Assembly: GCF_006345805.1 (NCBI RefSeq)
Contig: NC_043001.1
Location: 14,632,001 to 14,696,000 of the forward strand
Direction: 5' to 3'
Origin: Octopus sinensis
Lineage: Eukaryota
Length of the DNA stretch: 64,000 bases
The position numbers were made by a program, and so were the translations under genes. The notes below the pieces were generated by a model. The model saw nothing but the letters and a program-made list of their open reading frames with translations. It was not told where the DNA came from and searched no databases. Below are positions 62,420 to 64,000 of the stretch, piece by piece (position 1 is the stretch's first letter; each line of letters starts with the position of its first letter).

Positions 62420-62870
62420 CACTGTCTTAGTTCCTCTCATACATTTGGCCTATACATCGGTCAGTGAGACACCTCCAGTTATTCTGGTTTTGAGCAAAGA
62501 CGTTTGCATCTTCCCAAGTTGTTTGAGATCTTTGAAGGTGCAGTGTTATGTCTTCCTGGCCTCTCTTTGGTGGTAGCCATTGTATAGCTACCTTACGTAT
62601 TCACTCAGCTGGCAGTTGGAGAAATAAAGCTTCGCACTTCTCTGAAAGTTGGATACCATGTCTTCTTAGGTTTCCTTCTGGTAATACCCACTGTATTGCC
62701 GTCTTGGGTATTCGCTCTTCTGGCAGTTGGAAAATAAGTTTCATTCTTTTTTCTGCCGAAATATCAGGCAAGCAGTGCAGACAGATTCCTATCAGGCCTT
62801 CAGAGTTTGTGATTCTGTCTTTGTGGTTGATCTTTAATATTCTGTGTAGACAATTTTTGCTCAACATAGG
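62420..62870 (-). pseudogene. RTE-clade LINE ORF2 C-terminal remnants
   Basis: CLHRILKINHKDRITNSE...RMKL..LPEERIPKTAIQW, then a second LPAE*IRKVAIQW...WEDANVFAQNQNNWRCL segment. Confidence 0.75.
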
Positions 62871-63524
62871 CTTTCTTCCACACTCTGAAATAGTTGAAAT
62901 TATTTCCTAGAAATAATGATTTTTTTCTTAGCGAGACACAAACACAATTCTGCCAAGGATTGTTATAATAACTGTGAAAGTCCAGAACTTAATGGTTTTT
63001 ATCGTATTGATTCTGGAAAGAAGAGCAAAAAAAAAAGTATGCTCAATTTGCGCTAGATTTGGTCTCTTAAGACTGGAATATTGAATTTTAGCTACCGAAA
63101 ATCTATTAAAATATATCGTCTGGTATCTTACTAGCAGTCAGGCATGGCTGTGTGATTAAGAAGTTTATTTCGAAAGTACATGTTTTGGGTTCGATTCCAT
63201 GGCATGGCATGTTACATAAGTTTCTTTTGCCCATAGTCTTGCAAAGCTTTGTGAATAAAATTTAGTTGACAGAAAGTGTGTGAGAGACTTTTAGGTTGAA
63301 TTTGTCACCTGGTTTAACCCCACGAAATGGACTTTAGATTCTTTACATCACATCTAAGTTAAAGATGAGATGATGACAGATGGAAATTCTATGGCTATAG
63401 ATAATCTGAAGAAGGGCTCCTCTAAAGCAGTGCTCCGTAACCTTTTTTTTCACTTGTGGTACACTTATACTCTTTTCAAAATTTGGCAGCACACCTGAAC
63501 TAAAAATGTAACCAAAAGAATGGT

Positions 63525-63895
63525 TCGTGAGCAGTGTCCACAGATGAAGGTAACATCCAGCGTGGTGTCAGAGGCGGCTCGCGCCTTCCTCCTGCGTCTC
63601 TTGTCTTTAAGTGCGTCTCTTCTTTGTTCCTCAAACTTGCTGACTGTGTTGAAGATCGTGTGACGCCAGACATCACGGTCCGCAGCCAGGTCTCACCAGC
63701 ATTGGTGGTTAATATGACATGCTGTTAGCGACTTCTTGAGGCAGTCTTTGTAGCACTTCCTCGGAGCTCCTCTCACATGGTGGCCAGTGGAGAGTTCGCC
63801 AAACAGGGCAATCTTAGGAAGGTGATGGTTCTCCATTCTGGAGGTGGGACTTCAGTAGCATGGCTTCAATGCTGGGGATCTCGGCCCGCTCCAAT
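63525..63895 (-). pseudogene. RTE-clade LINE ORF2 C-terminal fragment
   Basis: LERAEIPSIEAMLLKS..RMENHHLPKIALFGELSTGH..RGAPRKCYKDCLKKSL...AADRDVWR...KRRRRK...FICGHCSRT (start of the C-terminal zinc-finger motif). Confidence 0.85.
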
Positions 63896-64000
63896 TTATA
63901 TTCAAGTTACACTGCAGCACACCAAGCATCGTCTTGTTGCACACCAGCATGCTGCGGCATTCCGTTGCAGAGCACTGATCTGAAGCAACAACAATAGGTT

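Overview
AT-rich animal genomic DNA with intronic/intergenic character and very dense (TA)n, (CA)n, (AAT)n, (GAT)n and (AGT)n microsatellites. The SINE families and repeat landscape look like an octopus (coleoid cephalopod) genome; this is an inference. No intact multi-exon host gene could be identified, only a few low-confidence candidate exons. Most of the window is mobile DNA: three tRNA-derived SINE families (here called A, B, C), an RTE-type LINE 3' tail family (D), LINE fragments (CR1/L2-group and RTE), non-autonomous Helitrons, piggyBac, Tc1/mariner and pogo-type MITEs, and transposase fossils (Merlin, piggyBac, Tc1/mariner). The most notable signal is a set of minimal type-I hammerhead ribozyme (HHR) motifs from several distinct sequence families. 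They cluster at about 26.4-28.3 kb and 55-57.3 kb, mostly next to (TA)n tracts. Four sit in fold-back (palindromic) units whose arms carry outward-facing hammerhead motifs on opposite strands, which is the architecture expected of Penelope-like (PLE) pseudo-LTR inversions. All motifs were read by eye; no folding program or database search was run.
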